Below, in pieces: positions 54,198 through 64,000 of a stretch of DNA of 64,000 bases (its first letter is position 1; every line of letters begins with the position of its first letter). The stretch spans positions 6,863-70,862 of the forward strand of contig WRGA01000122.1 in the NCBI GenBank assembly GCA_009787405.1. Direction: 5' to 3'. Both the position numbers and the translations under genes were made by a program. The DNA is from Candidatus Azobacteroides sp. Its GTDB lineage: Bacteria; Bacteroidota; Bacteroidia; Bacteroidales; WRGA01. The notes beneath the pieces were generated by a model. The model was not told the origin of the DNA. It saw only the letters and a list, made by a program, of their open reading frames with translations, and made no database searches.

Positions 54198-55553
54198 ATG
54201 AAGCCGGAAAAGAAAAAGAAGAAATCCGGGATCGACAAGATGGTTGATTGGAGCAAAAAAGGGATTCTTTTTTTGCAGGAAGGGATATGGAGGGTTTCCG
54301 AGGCTCCGAAAGGCATTCGGAAGCCGGGATTTGATATTGTCAAGTCGTTTGTAATGGCTGTTCGCCGGTACAGCGAAGATCGTTTGCAAAATAAAGCTTC
54401 GGCATTGACTTACAATTCGTTGCTATCTATTGTGCCGATGTTGGCCGTGCTTTTCGGTATTGCGCGAGGATTCGGATTTCAGAATATTATTGAAACTCAG
54501 TTGTTTTCTTTTTTGCCCGGACAAAAAGACGCGCTCGGGCAATCGCTTAAATTTGTGGATTCGTATTTGGAACAGGCCAAGAGCGGGGTGTTCGTGGGGA
54601 TCGGTCTTGCTCTGCTTTTATGGACGGTCATGAATTTGCTGACAAATATCGAAGATGCATTCAATGAAATTTGGCGTGTTCAGAAATCTCGCAGTTGGTC
54701 CCGTAAATTTACCGATTATTTGTCGCTGTTTCTGGTTGTTCCCGTATTGATCATTTGTTCGGTCGGATTGTCTTTTTTTATTTCTTCCACCTTGTTTGAG
54801 CGGTTTCAGGATATTGTTTTGATAACTCCCGTGATCACTTTTTTCATCAAATTGATCCCGTTTTTCCTTGTCGTCCTTACATTCACGGGTATTTATATGT
54901 TTATCCCGAATACCCGCGTTAAATTCTTGAATGCGTTCGGGGCGGCTTTTGTGGCCGGGACTGTCTTTCAGCTATTTCAATATCTTTATATTTCCGGACA
55001 AATCTGGGTCTCGAAATACAATGCCATTTACGGTAGTTTTGCCGCTTTGCCGTTGCTGTTGTTATGGCTGCAATTGTCGTGGGTGATTTGCCTGTTCGGG
55101 GTTGAATTGGCCGCAGCCGGCCAAAATATCGAAAGTTTCAGTTTCGAAAAAGATACCCGGAATATCTCCCGGCGGTATAAAGATTTTTTGACCATCATGA
55201 TTACCGCCATTATCGCGAAACGGTTTGAAGTCGGTTTGAAGCCGTTGACCGAAAATGAAATTTCGATGAACTATAAGATTCCGTTAAGACTTACGGGGGA
55301 AATTCTGGAGCTTTTGCTCAAAATCGATGTGTTAAGCGAAACAAACTCGGCTCATGAATTAGTGCCTGCCTATCAGCCGGCATTGGACATCAATAAGATA
55401 TCGGTGGGTTTTTTATTGAATAAAATAGATATGGCCGGTACCGAAGATTTTGACATCGATAAGAATATCATGAAGAAATATCGGGAGGAATACCTTCAAT
55501 CGAGGGATTTTTTGATGCAAAAAAATAATGATACTTTAGTGAAAGATTTGTAA
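54198..55553 (+). CDS. YihY/BrkB-family integral membrane protein
   Basis: ASALTYNSLLSIVPMLAVLFGI is the family start. There are multiple TM segments and the motif YGSFAALPLLLLWLQLSWVICLFG. The ATG at 54198 within the listed 54162 ORF is taken as the start. Confidence 0.8.
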   Translation: MKPEKKKKKSGIDKMVDWSKKGILFLQEGIWRVSEAPKGIRKPGFDIVKSFVMAVRRYSEDRLQNKASALTYNSLLSIVPMLAVLFGIARGFGFQNIIETQLFSFLPGQKDALGQSLKFVDSYLEQAKSGVFVGIGLALLLWTVMNLLTNIEDAFNEIWRVQKSRSWSRKFTDYLSLFLVVPVLIICSVGLSFFISSTLFERFQDIVLITPVITFFIKLIPFFLVVLTFTGIYMFIPNTRVKFLNAFGAAFVAGTVFQLFQYLYISGQIWVSKYNAIYGSFAALPLLLLWLQLSWVICLFGVELAAAGQNIESFSFEKDTRNISRRYKDFLTIMITAIIAKRFEVGLKPLTENEISMNYKIPLRLTGEILELLLKIDVLSETNSAHELVPAYQPALDINKISVGFLLNKIDMAGTEDFDIDKNIMKKYREEYLQSRDFLMQKNNDTLVKDL

Positions 55554-55600
55554 AATAGATACTTTTGCAGATACAATAATAAAAGCCAAACGGAATAAAC

Positions 55601-55942
55601 ATGAGCATTTTAATACCGGCATCAACAGGTTATCTGTCTGTGATCCAATGGATAGAGCATCATTTGTTGTCGTGCCCGAGCAAAAAATTCCTGCATCTGG
55701 AATGTCCGGGATGCGGCATGCAACGAAGCTTGCTGGCTTTGCTGAAAGGAGACCTCATCGAAAGCATCCGCATGTATCCGGCATTGCTCCTGCTTATTTT
55801 TTTGGTTACTTTTACATTTCTTCATCTCAAATTCGATTTTAAAATCGGGGCAAGCCTCATCAAATGGAATCAGCTTTTTGCCGGAATCATTATTCTTACT
55901 TTTTATTTTTACAAATTAATCACTCATAAAACCTGTATTTAA
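55601..55942 (+). CDS. DUF2752-domain membrane protein
   Basis: CPSKKFLHLECPGCGMQRS is the DUF2752 Cys motif. TM segments follow. Confidence 0.75.
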   Translation: MSILIPASTGYLSVIQWIEHHLLSCPSKKFLHLECPGCGMQRSLLALLKGDLIESIRMYPALLLLIFLVTFTFLHLKFDFKIGASLIKWNQLFAGIIILTFYFYKLITHKTCI

Positions 55943-55943
55943 C

Positions 55944-56303
55944 ATGGACAACGAAGAATTACAAAATTACCGGTTCAACGAACCGCAACAGGAAGTGCCG
56001 AATGCAACGGTCGTATTGATATTGGGGATTGCCTCCATCGTGACTTGTTGCTGCTACGGAATACCCGGACTTATTTGCGGGATTATCACTCTTATTTTGT
56101 CGGGAAAAGGAATGAATGCCTACAAAGGAAATCCGCTGATGTATACCCAAAGTTCATACAACAACCTGAAAGCAGGACGAATTTGCGGAATCATCGGATT
56201 ATCATTATCCGCCATTTATTTCATCATAGTGCTTATCTGCCTCATTGTATACGGCGTGGCAGCATTATCCAATCCGGAACAATTCTTTAACAGTCGTTTT
56301 TAA
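55944..56303 (+). CDS. CCC-motif membrane protein
   Basis: GIASIVTCCCYGIPGLICGIITLILSGKG. It starts 1 nt after the DUF2752 gene, the usual pairing in Bacteroidota. Confidence 0.7.
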   Translation: MDNEELQNYRFNEPQQEVPNATVVLILGIASIVTCCCYGIPGLICGIITLILSGKGMNAYKGNPLMYTQSSYNNLKAGRICGIIGLSLSAIYFIIVLICLIVYGVAALSNPEQFFNSRF

Positions 56304-56327
56304 GAAAACCCTGTTATGATTGCACAA

Positions 56328-56361
56328 AAGAAGGCCGGGCAAATGTCCGGTCTTCTTTTTT
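56328..56361 (+). terminator. rho-independent terminator
   Basis: The stem is gaaggccgg / ccggtcttc with one G-U pair. It is followed by a T-run. Confidence 0.7.
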
Positions 56362-56386
56362 AACCGAAGACAGACCGGTTTACAGA

Positions 56387-56458
56387 TCACCTGTAAAAGT
56401 TGTGGGGTTAAAAAAGCGCGTAGCGCTTATATGTTTATAGCCTTAAGTTTGCGGGTAA
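56387..56458. mobile_element. 72-bp mini-element sharing termini with the 24167-24737 composite element
   Basis: The left end is tcacctgtaaaagttgtggggtta. The right end ccttaagtttgcgggtaa is a degenerate inverse. The interior hairpin is aagcgc-gta-gcgctt. Confidence 0.4.
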
Positions 56459-56565
56459 ACAAGGTTATATTTCATTACCGCAGGTTTAAAAAACAAAACC
56501 AAAAAGAAAACGGCCCGATTTCGAAACAAGGTATTTTTACATCATCAATAAATCATTGATTTCTC

Positions 56566-57504
56566 ATGTGGAAAGACCTTTTTTATTTTACCCGGAAAGA
56601 GAAAAAAGCCGTTTTTGTCCTGATCGGACTGATTATTCTGTTGTCGTTTTCGAGCCTGATGATTCCCTATTTTTTGGCGTTGAAACAATCCCCGGTCGAT
56701 TACCGGAAAGACATCGAGGCTTATATCGAGTTCCGGGAATCGCTTCAACGTATGGAGGAAAAATCCCGTTCCGGTAACAACACGCGAATCGAACCGCACA
56801 AGCCGGCCCTGTTTATTTTCAATCCGAACACAGCCGATTCTTCATCATTCATCCGATTGGGTTTGAAACCTTTTCAAGCCCGAAACATCCTAAAATACCG
56901 CAACAAAGGCGGCCGTTTTAAAATTCCGGAAGATTTTTCAAAAATATACGGATTAAACCGGGAATCATTCGAACGATTAAAACCTTACATACAAATTCCC
57001 GAAGATACAGTTTCAACCAAAAAGCCCCGGATTCTTCCAACCGATTTTCCCGAATACCCAAAAAACAAACCCGACTACCCGAAACAAGAAAAATATGCTG
57101 AGGGAACCGTCATTGATCTGAACACGGCAGACACCACCGAATTAAAAAAGATACCCGGAATAGGGTCTGTTTTTTCCGAACGCATCGTGACCTACCGGAA
57201 TCGTTTGGGAGGCTTTTATTCGCCGGAACAATTAAAAGAAGTCCGTGGAGTTACTCCCGAAATGTACCTGCAACTGCAAAACCGGTTTCGAGTGAATCCG
57301 GCCGGTATTTCCCGAATATCCGTAAATCATTCCGACTTCAACCGGTTGATATCGCATCCGTACATTTCGTATCCCCAAGCCAAAGCATTCATCGAATTGA
57401 AAAAAAAGAAAGGGCGGCTGCATTCTTTCGATCAAATATCGCTGCTGGAAGAATTTTCGGAGAAAGACATCGAACGATTGACTCCTTATCTCAGTTTTGA
57501 TTAA
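56566..57504 (+). CDS. ComEA-like helix-hairpin-helix DNA-binding protein
   Basis: It has an N-terminal TM segment and two HhH units (FNPNTADSSSFIRLGLKPFQARNILKYRNKGGRF; DLNTADTTELKKIPGIGSVFSERIVTYRNRLGGF). Confidence 0.8.
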   Translation: MWKDLFYFTRKEKKAVFVLIGLIILLSFSSLMIPYFLALKQSPVDYRKDIEAYIEFRESLQRMEEKSRSGNNTRIEPHKPALFIFNPNTADSSSFIRLGLKPFQARNILKYRNKGGRFKIPEDFSKIYGLNRESFERLKPYIQIPEDTVSTKKPRILPTDFPEYPKNKPDYPKQEKYAEGTVIDLNTADTTELKKIPGIGSVFSERIVTYRNRLGGFYSPEQLKEVRGVTPEMYLQLQNRFRVNPAGISRISVNHSDFNRLISHPYISYPQAKAFIELKKKKGRLHSFDQISLLEEFSEKDIERLTPYLSFD

Positions 57505-57582
57505 ACCTTCAAATGATCATTAAAATAGAAGATCATTCATTCAGGAATTGCAACAAAATAAACCGGCTGTTTATTTTTGTTT

Positions 57583-57895
57583 AATGATTATCGGATGCTA
57601 TGCCCGGCTCTCCCGGCAGGTGAGGTATAAAAATGTAATATTCGTTTTTTTGTCCCGCCGGGGACAACATATTGGTAGAAAGGAGAATTTCTCCGGTGGC
57701 CAAAGTCCCGTCAGGGACGTAATACGGGAAGGAAAACATTTTGTCCCTAACGGGACAGGGGGTGAAGGGATGGTGTTTTTCTACCGATATAATGTCCCCG
57801 GCGGGACAAAAAAGAACGAATATTTTTTTGAATATTGAAATATTTTTCACACCCTCCTACACGGAGATAGGTAGGTGCAACGTCCGATAATCATT
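57583..57895. mobile_element. foldback MITE-like element, copy H (interior inverted relative to D)
   Basis: aatgattatcggatgctatgcccggctctccc...ggtgcaacgtccgataatcatt. Confidence 0.75.
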
Positions 57896-58224
57896 AAATA
57901 TAATTTATTTTTGCGACATACTAAAATAGATATAGTCAATCCTTATTTTTTATGGTTCCCTCAGTAGCCCGGGAATGCGTCCGATTTCTGCCCTTATCCG
58001 CTTATTCAGGGAGATTCTGTCGACATTTATTGTATTAAAATAAGGGTGAGATTGGTTGACATTACATCAGCTGCTAAAGGGACTTTTAAAAAATGAGGTT
58101 TTTATTTTAAATCGATATAAGATTAACAATGCCTCTGTTTTTAACGTAATCGGAGGTATAACCTGCACCGGCAACCAAGAACTTTATTATATTTGCACCA
58201 ACAAATTTTTTAAATAAAAGAACC

Positions 58225-58650
58225 ATGAGTACAAAAAAAATTATCGGAACAAGTATCATCGCTTTAGCCGCTGTATTAACAACCGGCATGTTTTCAGGTT
58301 GCTCTAAAGGGAAAATCATCGAAGCCGCAATCGACAAAGTGGTTACGGAAAGCAAGATCATGTGCCCCAGACAGGTCGATGAGATAACACGATTAGACAG
58401 TATTACGCATCCGGGCAAAGCGACTATCGAGTATTTTTACACGTTGAATATGAGTAAAGACGACCTCGACCAAGAGGTACTCGAAGCCGGGGAAAAAACA
58501 ATGGAACAAACCATCATCAACCAAATCAAAACTTCATCTCAATTGAAGCCGTTACTCAGTCTCGGCAATGTGACATTCCATCATATTTATTTTGATAAAA
58601 ACGGAAAAACCGTTTTCGACATCAACATCACTCCGGACATGTATAAATGA
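58225..58650 (+). CDS. hypothetical lipoprotein
   Basis: 141 aa with lipobox LTTGMFSGC. No recognisable domain. Confidence 0.6.
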   Translation: MSTKKIIGTSIIALAAVLTTGMFSGCSKGKIIEAAIDKVVTESKIMCPRQVDEITRLDSITHPGKATIEYFYTLNMSKDDLDQEVLEAGEKTMEQTIINQIKTSSQLKPLLSLGNVTFHHIYFDKNGKTVFDINITPDMYK

Positions 58651-58654
58651 CTTC

Positions 58655-58706
58655 ATGTGCCGACAAGCCGGTGAAAAACTTACGACTTCACCGGCTTGTC
58701 GGCACA
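58655..58706. terminator. bidirectional terminator (20-bp stem) between convergent genes
   Basis: The arms are atgtgccgacaagccggtga and tcaccggcttgtcggcacat. Confidence 0.8.
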
Positions 58707-58714
58707 TCAGCCTG

Positions 58715-60328
58715 TTAATCGATTCTGAACCAATCAACTTCCACTGTTCCGCCGTCGTTATTTTTGACGGGACGGGTGCAAAATAAACCGACTTTTGCGC
58801 CGATCCATTTTCCTTCTTTGGCCGTGAATGTTTTTCCGAGTGGCGAAAAATTCTTTCCGTCTTTGCTGTACGTAAAAGAACAAACTCCTCCTTTTTCAAC
58901 CTTCACGCGGAGATATAATGTATTTTCTTTCAGGTCGACCGAAGCATTTACTTTTTCGGGACTGCCTTTATCCGCTTTCAGACATTCGTTTTGGGAAAGG
59001 ACAAAACCTTTTCCGGTATTTTCAAACGACAATAAGGCATAATCCAATCCCATCACCACCAAACCGGTTCTTTCCCCTATTATTTTGGAGTTCGGCTTAA
59101 ACGTTATTTTTGCCGTAGCTTTAAATTCGGTTGCCGGAAATTTTTGCAACAACAAGTTCGGTACATCCCACAAATTTCTGTAATCATCGGCAACCGGCAC
59201 AGTATATAAGTTCAGACATCCTTTTCCGACATTCGTAAAATACCACCAATCTTGCGGATTGGCATGCCATTGCCATTGCAAACCCAAAGCATTCTCCGAA
59301 AATTCGTCGCTTTCGGCGGGAGTACAAACCGGATAGGATTGTCCGACATCCGGTTTTTTGTACGTCAAAACAGGATCACCGCACCCGTCGCCGTCTTTGT
59401 CGATACCGATCACCGGCCAATCGTTTTTCCATGTCATCGGTTGCAAATGAACGACACGACCGTACATATACCTGTCCTGAAAATGCAGGAACCAATCTTC
59501 GCCGGTTTTCGTATCGATCCAAGCTCCCTGGTGAGGGCCGTTAATTTCTGTTTCTCCTTGCGCCATCACTACTTTTCGTTCGTAAGGGCCGTAAATATTT
59601 TTGGAACGTAAAACAACCTGCCAACCGGCAGACACCCCGCCGGCGGGTGCAAAAATATAGTAATAACCGTTACGTTTATAAAACTTGGGGCCTTCGATGG
59701 TTTCGTCTTTTTCGTGTCCGTCATAAATGATTTTGCTTTCTCCGACCGCCTTTTTCCCGTCGGGAGAAAGACGAGTAACCGCCAGCACGCTTTTCATTCC
59801 CGCACGGCTTCCGGCAAACGCATGCACCAAATAGACCTCGCCGTTATCGTCCCAAAGCGGACAGGAATCGATCAACCCTTTTCCGGGCTTCACCAATGTC
59901 AACGATTCCCATTCTCCGGCCGGATCTTTCGTTTTGGTCATGTAAATACCGTAATCCGGATCGCCGTAATAAATGTAAAATTCACCGTCGTGAAAACGAA
60001 TCGAAGGCGCCCATACGCCATTTCCGTGTTGCGGCTTCGAAAAAGCCGAATCGGGAATCAACTTCGGAACGGCATAACCGATTATTTTCCAGTTGACCAA
60101 ATCTTTCGAATGCAAAATCTGCAATCCGGGAATGCAATTAAAACTCGACGATGTCATATAATAATCATCGTTGACGCGGCAAACATCGGGATCGGAATAA
60201 TCGGCATTCAAAACAGGATTTTTATAATGGCCGTTTCCGAGATCCGACACCCACACTTTCGAAACATAATTTTGTGCATTCAAAACAAATGCACTCAAGC
60301 ATAAAATCAAAGCAACTGTTTTTCTCAT
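58715..60328 (-). CDS. glycoside hydrolase family 43 (beta-xylosidase/arabinofuranosidase type) with C-terminal beta-sandwich
   Basis: It has a signal peptide. GH43 blocks are NPVLNADYSDPDVCRVNDDYYMTSSSF, GVWAPSIRFHDGEFYIYYGD and VIEGPKFYKRNGYYYIF. Confidence 0.85.
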   Translation of the reverse strand: MRKTVALILCLSAFVLNAQNYVSKVWVSDLGNGHYKNPVLNADYSDPDVCRVNDDYYMTSSSFNCIPGLQILHSKDLVNWKIIGYAVPKLIPDSAFSKPQHGNGVWAPSIRFHDGEFYIYYGDPDYGIYMTKTKDPAGEWESLTLVKPGKGLIDSCPLWDDNGEVYLVHAFAGSRAGMKSVLAVTRLSPDGKKAVGESKIIYDGHEKDETIEGPKFYKRNGYYYIFAPAGGVSAGWQVVLRSKNIYGPYERKVVMAQGETEINGPHQGAWIDTKTGEDWFLHFQDRYMYGRVVHLQPMTWKNDWPVIGIDKDGDGCGDPVLTYKKPDVGQSYPVCTPAESDEFSENALGLQWQWHANPQDWWYFTNVGKGCLNLYTVPVADDYRNLWDVPNLLLQKFPATEFKATAKITFKPNSKIIGERTGLVVMGLDYALLSFENTGKGFVLSQNECLKADKGSPEKVNASVDLKENTLYLRVKVEKGGVCSFTYSKDGKNFSPLGKTFTAKEGKWIGAKVGLFCTRPVKNNDGGTVEVDWFRID

Positions 60329-60329
60329 T

Positions 60330-61727
60330 TTACTTCACTAAACTATTTAAATACATTTCCAAATTGGTGTAACCCGAACTGAGATCATACGCGGAATCAT
60401 CGGCTTTGTATTTGTCGAGGCCGCAGGCATCTTCCCAAGCATCGGGCATTCCGTCATTATCGCTGTCGACGGGAGCGGACAAGGAACGCAATTCGGGCCA
60501 ACCTCCCACTTGCGATTGAGAATCAATTATTCCTTTGTCACCGTAAGTAAAAGAGCCGTTGCGGACTTCTTCCACGATACGGCGGTCGACGGCATCGCGC
60601 ACCAAACTTGCTCCGACATGTTGCAATACCGCATCGTATGCTTCTTGAGCCGTATGTTGCGTAATCATTTCATATTCAAAAGGTTGATCACTATGGCAAC
60701 GCTGATATAACGAATCCGTTCTTGGTTTCGGCTGATTAACCCCTTCGCGTTCGATATAACTTTTATAATCTACGCCCTTCCAATTATCAAGGGTAACCAT
60801 CGAATTTCCATCCATAATATTCCCTGCAATATAAAAAATTCCGAAATCATGAATTCCGTTTCCGTCTTTACTCTGCCACGCTTCCAGAATCCGACTCCGA
60901 ACGTTTTTTTTCGTAGCCGGGCCCGGTTTATAGTAATTATTCACCAAATTATACTGCCCGTCTTCGCCGGCGTAAGCACTGTTATACCCCCAGTTGTAAA
61001 TCACATTGTTGCGAAAGTCGGCTATTTCCGTTTCTTTTGTTTGCTCGTGATAACGCGCTCCGCAGAATCGGGGATTCCGGCTTGAGTGATGTGCCAGCAG
61101 GTTATGATGAAAAGAAGCTTTCTTCCCGCCCCAAATGCCGCCATAGCCGTGCGCACCTTTTTTGTGGATGCTGTTTCGCAAACTTTCGGACAAAATACAC
61201 CATTGCAACGTAAAATATTCATTGTCGTAAAAGGAACCGCATTCATCGGTACTCCAGCTCAAGGAACAATGATCGATGATCATATTTTTTTGGCGGACGC
61301 CGCCTAATGCATCATCTTGTTCATGACCTTGATCACCCATCCGAAAACGCATATAACGGATAATCACATTGTCGGCTTTCACTTTTACCGGATGGCCGGC
61401 GATGCAAATGCCGTCACCCGGAGCCGTTTGTCCGGCCAAGGTAATACTGTCATTATCAATGACCAACGGCGATTCAAGGAAGATGATTCCCGACATCCGA
61501 AAAACAACGGTACGCGAACCATGTTCCCGGATAGCCGCCCGAAGGCTGCCCGCGCCATCGTCATTCAGATTATCGACGAACAACACCCTGCCTCCGCGAC
61601 CGCCGACCGTATATTGTCCGAAACCTTCGGCGCCGGGGAAAGCCAACGAATGATTTTTACTTTCTTCTTGAGCATGAGAAGTTATTCCTAAAAAAAATGC
61701 AACTAAAAGTAATCCGAAATTTTTCAT
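60330..61727 (-). CDS. pectate lyase (PL1-like)
   Basis: It has a signal peptide. AFPGAEGFGQYTVGGRGGRVLFVDNLNDDGAGSLRAAI is the typical PL1 start. It also carries the parallel beta-helix motif DHCSLSWSTDE and the basic-residue block HHSSRNPR. Confidence 0.8.
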   Translation of the reverse strand: MKNFGLLLVAFFLGITSHAQEESKNHSLAFPGAEGFGQYTVGGRGGRVLFVDNLNDDGAGSLRAAIREHGSRTVVFRMSGIIFLESPLVIDNDSITLAGQTAPGDGICIAGHPVKVKADNVIIRYMRFRMGDQGHEQDDALGGVRQKNMIIDHCSLSWSTDECGSFYDNEYFTLQWCILSESLRNSIHKKGAHGYGGIWGGKKASFHHNLLAHHSSRNPRFCGARYHEQTKETEIADFRNNVIYNWGYNSAYAGEDGQYNLVNNYYKPGPATKKNVRSRILEAWQSKDGNGIHDFGIFYIAGNIMDGNSMVTLDNWKGVDYKSYIEREGVNQPKPRTDSLYQRCHSDQPFEYEMITQHTAQEAYDAVLQHVGASLVRDAVDRRIVEEVRNGSFTYGDKGIIDSQSQVGGWPELRSLSAPVDSDNDGMPDAWEDACGLDKYKADDSAYDLSSGYTNLEMYLNSLVK

Positions 61728-61739
61728 CTGTCTATTATT

Positions 61740-64000
61740 TTATCGTTTTACCGCTTCTTTGATCAAATTGAACAATAATTGTTGACCGACGATATTTGCC
61801 GGATTATCGATCGCCGGATTGAATGTTCCCATCGCTTCATCCATGCCGTCTATATCAACCGGAGCATCACTTCGGGCAACTTGTTTGACACACGCGGGAA
61901 TATCGAGAGTGGTAATTATGATTTTTCCGCGTCCTGTCGGAATCAGACTCAACGCCGAATACACTTCTTTGCGATGATCGGAGACGCAGCCGGCCAATGT
62001 TTCGCCGCTTCCTGTCCGCAAACCGATTCTCCGGCGATTATAGGCCGAGAAACATTGATATTCCCAATTGAAAACGCAATCAACCGGCAAACCGTCAAAA
62101 ACGGGATGCGCCCGATTGAAAAAATTGCCGCCGTACCATGAGCGACCCAACTCTTTGTATCCTCTGAAATCCAATACTTCCTTATCCGCCAGAAATTCCG
62201 CCCAACGCACCGGATTGTCCACAATAATCAACGAGCCGCCTTTCCACACCCATTCAATAATATCGCTCATACCGCTTCCCCACTGCTGCGGCTCAAAAGC
62301 GCCGATCAGCAAATAGTCGCCGGACGGAACGCCCTGTTCGTATTTTTTCACCTTCACTCCCATCCGGTTCATAAATTTCATCCAAATGCCGGTGGTATCC
62401 GCAACCAAACCATTTACGGGAATATTTTTCACATCCGGCTTTACGGCAAAAATTTGGTCATCGCCCTTCACCGTCAAATCTTTACCCGCTTTCATTTCCG
62501 CCTTCACCGTAGTATATCCTGCTGTCGGAACCACAAATTTCAGGCCGGTCAACAGATTTTCACCATAAGTAACTCCCCCGCTTATAGTCACTTTTTTCGT
62601 GAAAGAAGCTTGGACTTTTCCGGAATCGTCTTTAACTGTAACGGTCAAAATGAATTTTCCCCGGATGTTTTTTTCATTTACAATAAAAATATCCGCGGTA
62701 ACCGTATCGCCGACCGCCAAAACTTTGTGATTAAGTTTCACACTCAGAAAAAGCGGAGCGTTGTAGCGGGCAATCAAATCGGGATCTCCCTTCAGATTAC
62801 GGTAATTATCGACAATTCCCGAATGATTTTCCAGCTTCATGGATTCCCACCCGTTGACAGCATAACCGTCCACCGTGTTGTTGATGCGGATATTTTCAAT
62901 CACCCGTCCCTGATAATAAAAAGAAACATTTCCCATGGCTACCGTCAGATCATCGACCGTAGGGAAAGCTTTGTCAAAACCCCGGGTGTGCAGGAAACGG
63001 TCGTAAGCATCGTACCAGGCAAGATAGTCGGCCGCTTCCCAACCGTTATATTTTTTTGTCTCTAAAATAGAAGAACGAATTTTCTCCAAACGGGGAGGCG
63101 TACCGATGGCCCCTTCTTCGCCCCAATAAATGATTTCGGATTTATTGTCGCTGTAACGCAAATAATCTTTCGGATGATGATACAAATTATCGTGATAAAC
63201 GCCCGGCCCTCCCGCATGATGCCGGTCATACCAACCCACATCGTAAAAGGTTGTATCGTAAGGCATCAGGTGCAATTTGAACCGGACATTCGGAACGCCT
63301 TCGGGATTGGCTCCGTTACAAGAATTATAGTTGATTTGGCGGGTAGGGTCTAATTCATGCGCCATCCGCATTTCCCGGTAATCTTCGGCTTGCGGATCAG
63401 CCCCGCGCTCGTTATGCAAATTGTAAATCACCAAACTCGGATGATTGCGGTCACGAACAATCATTCGCGCCAGCTTTTCGTTGCGGTAATTCATATAAAA
63501 ACGCGCTTTCGGGTCGCCGCTTTCCTGCCGGTCGGCCGGATATTGATTGCCGCCGGGTTCTTCCCAAAACAGCAAACCCAATTCATCCGCATCATCCAGC
63601 ACATTCTTCTGTCCAATGGCCCGGTGAAAGCTCAACATATTCAATCCGAGACGTTTAGCCGCCAAAATTTGCTTGCGGGCATATTCATCGGTCGGCGCAA
63701 TACCGTTATCGGGCCAATATCCCCACGAAATGGCGCTACGCAAAACGATCCGTTTCCCGTTCAGATAAAATTGCCGGTCACCGTTCACCGTGCGCACTTC
63801 AAACCAACGAAACCCGAAACGTTCGCTCAGTTCATCACCGTCTACAAAAACGTTGAGTTGATACAAATTCGGTTCGTCCACGCTCCAAAGTTTAGCGTCG
63901 GGAACTTTTATTTTACAGGTATACAGGCTTTTGCCTTGCGGGATAACGGAAATCATCCGCTCTTCGGCATACACTTTTTTGCCGCTGTCATATTCGCAAA
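61740..64000 (-). CDS. glycoside hydrolase family 2-like protein, N-terminus outside window
   Basis: The frame stays open past the listed GTG at 63974 to the window edge. TIM-barrel blocks are FYLNGKRIVLRSAISWGYWP, GLNMLSFHR and RNHPSLVIYNLHNE. The C-terminal region is long. Confidence 0.65.
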   Translation of the reverse strand, partial: CEYDSGKKVYAEERMISVIPQGKSLYTCKIKVPDAKLWSVDEPNLYQLNVFVDGDELSERFGFRWFEVRTVNGDRQFYLNGKRIVLRSAISWGYWPDNGIAPTDEYARKQILAAKRLGLNMLSFHRAIGQKNVLDDADELGLLFWEEPGGNQYPADRQESGDPKARFYMNYRNEKLARMIVRDRNHPSLVIYNLHNERGADPQAEDYREMRMAHELDPTRQINYNSCNGANPEGVPNVRFKLHLMPYDTTFYDVGWYDRHHAGGPGVYHDNLYHHPKDYLRYSDNKSEIIYWGEEGAIGTPPRLEKIRSSILETKKYNGWEAADYLAWYDAYDRFLHTRGFDKAFPTVDDLTVAMGNVSFYYQGRVIENIRINNTVDGYAVNGWESMKLENHSGIVDNYRNLKGDPDLIARYNAPLFLSVKLNHKVLAVGDTVTADIFIVNEKNIRGKFILTVTVKDDSGKVQASFTKKVTISGGVTYGENLLTGLKFVVPTAGYTTVKAEMKAGKDLTVKGDDQIFAVKPDVKNIPVNGLVADTTGIWMKFMNRMGVKVKKYEQGVPSGDYLLIGAFEPQQWGSGMSDIIEWVWKGGSLIIVDNPVRWAEFLADKEVLDFRGYKELGRSWYGGNFFNRAHPVFDGLPVDCVFNWEYQCFSAYNRRRIGLRTGSGETLAGCVSDHRKEVYSALSLIPTGRGKIIITTLDIPACVKQVARSDAPVDIDGMDEAMGTFNPAIDNPANIVGQQLLFNLIKEAVKR

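Noticed and set aside
59714-63065. Plus-strand ORFs 59714..60304 (196 aa) and 62454..63065 (203 aa), and smaller ones inside the GH43/PL1/GH2 genes
   Set aside because: They are antisense to ORFs with clear glycoside-hydrolase or lyase motifs.
1-64000. tRNA, rRNA, riboswitch or sigma-54 (GG-N10-GC) promoter sites
   Set aside because: I found none by eye apart from rnpB. This is a limit of manual reading and not proof of absence. tRNAscan, Infernal and a promoter PWM scan would be needed.

Overview
The window reads as a Bacteroidota (Bacteroidales-like) chromosomal segment. This is an inference from a T9SS C-terminal sorting domain, DUF1573, the lptE-like/secG neighbourhood, a type-A RNase P RNA and the CCC-motif/DUF2752 gene pair. 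Three accessory blocks sit between ordinary housekeeping genes.

(1) 1.2-20.4 kb holds a Sec-signal RHS (YD-repeat) polymorphic-toxin gene with an HExxH tip and an immunity gene. It is followed by at least six orphan toxin-tip/immunity modules and many scars: frameshifts, in-frame stops and out-of-frame junctions. Two short repeat families punctuate the array, and a 1229-aa SpvB-N-like secreted protein follows it.

(2) 26.8-39.5 kb holds a minus-strand cluster of secreted proteins of unassignable function. It comprises three tandem RCC1-type beta-propeller paralogues, a 618-aa protein sharing their N-terminal module, a chimeric paralogue remnant, a 113-aa protein with a sorting-signal-like C-terminus and a 764-aa T9SS-CTD protein. 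The cluster faces a divergent HTH regulator. This is my best candidate for an undescribed system.

(3) A ~330-bp foldback MITE-like family occurs in about 10 copies. It culminates in a gene-free ~2.8-kb repeat nest (50.7-53.5 kb) next to rnpB that contains a filled-site/empty-site pair.

The rest is ordinary: ROK kinase, sigma-54 activator, lptE-like, secG, GTP-type PEPCK, hisF, hisIE, ftsE-like, meaB, a Crp/CYTH pair, SNF2 helicase, U32 peptidase, aquaporin, yihY-like, comEA-like and a GH43/PL1/GH2 glycan block.

All similarity statements are by-eye motif recognition. No database search or computation was possible.
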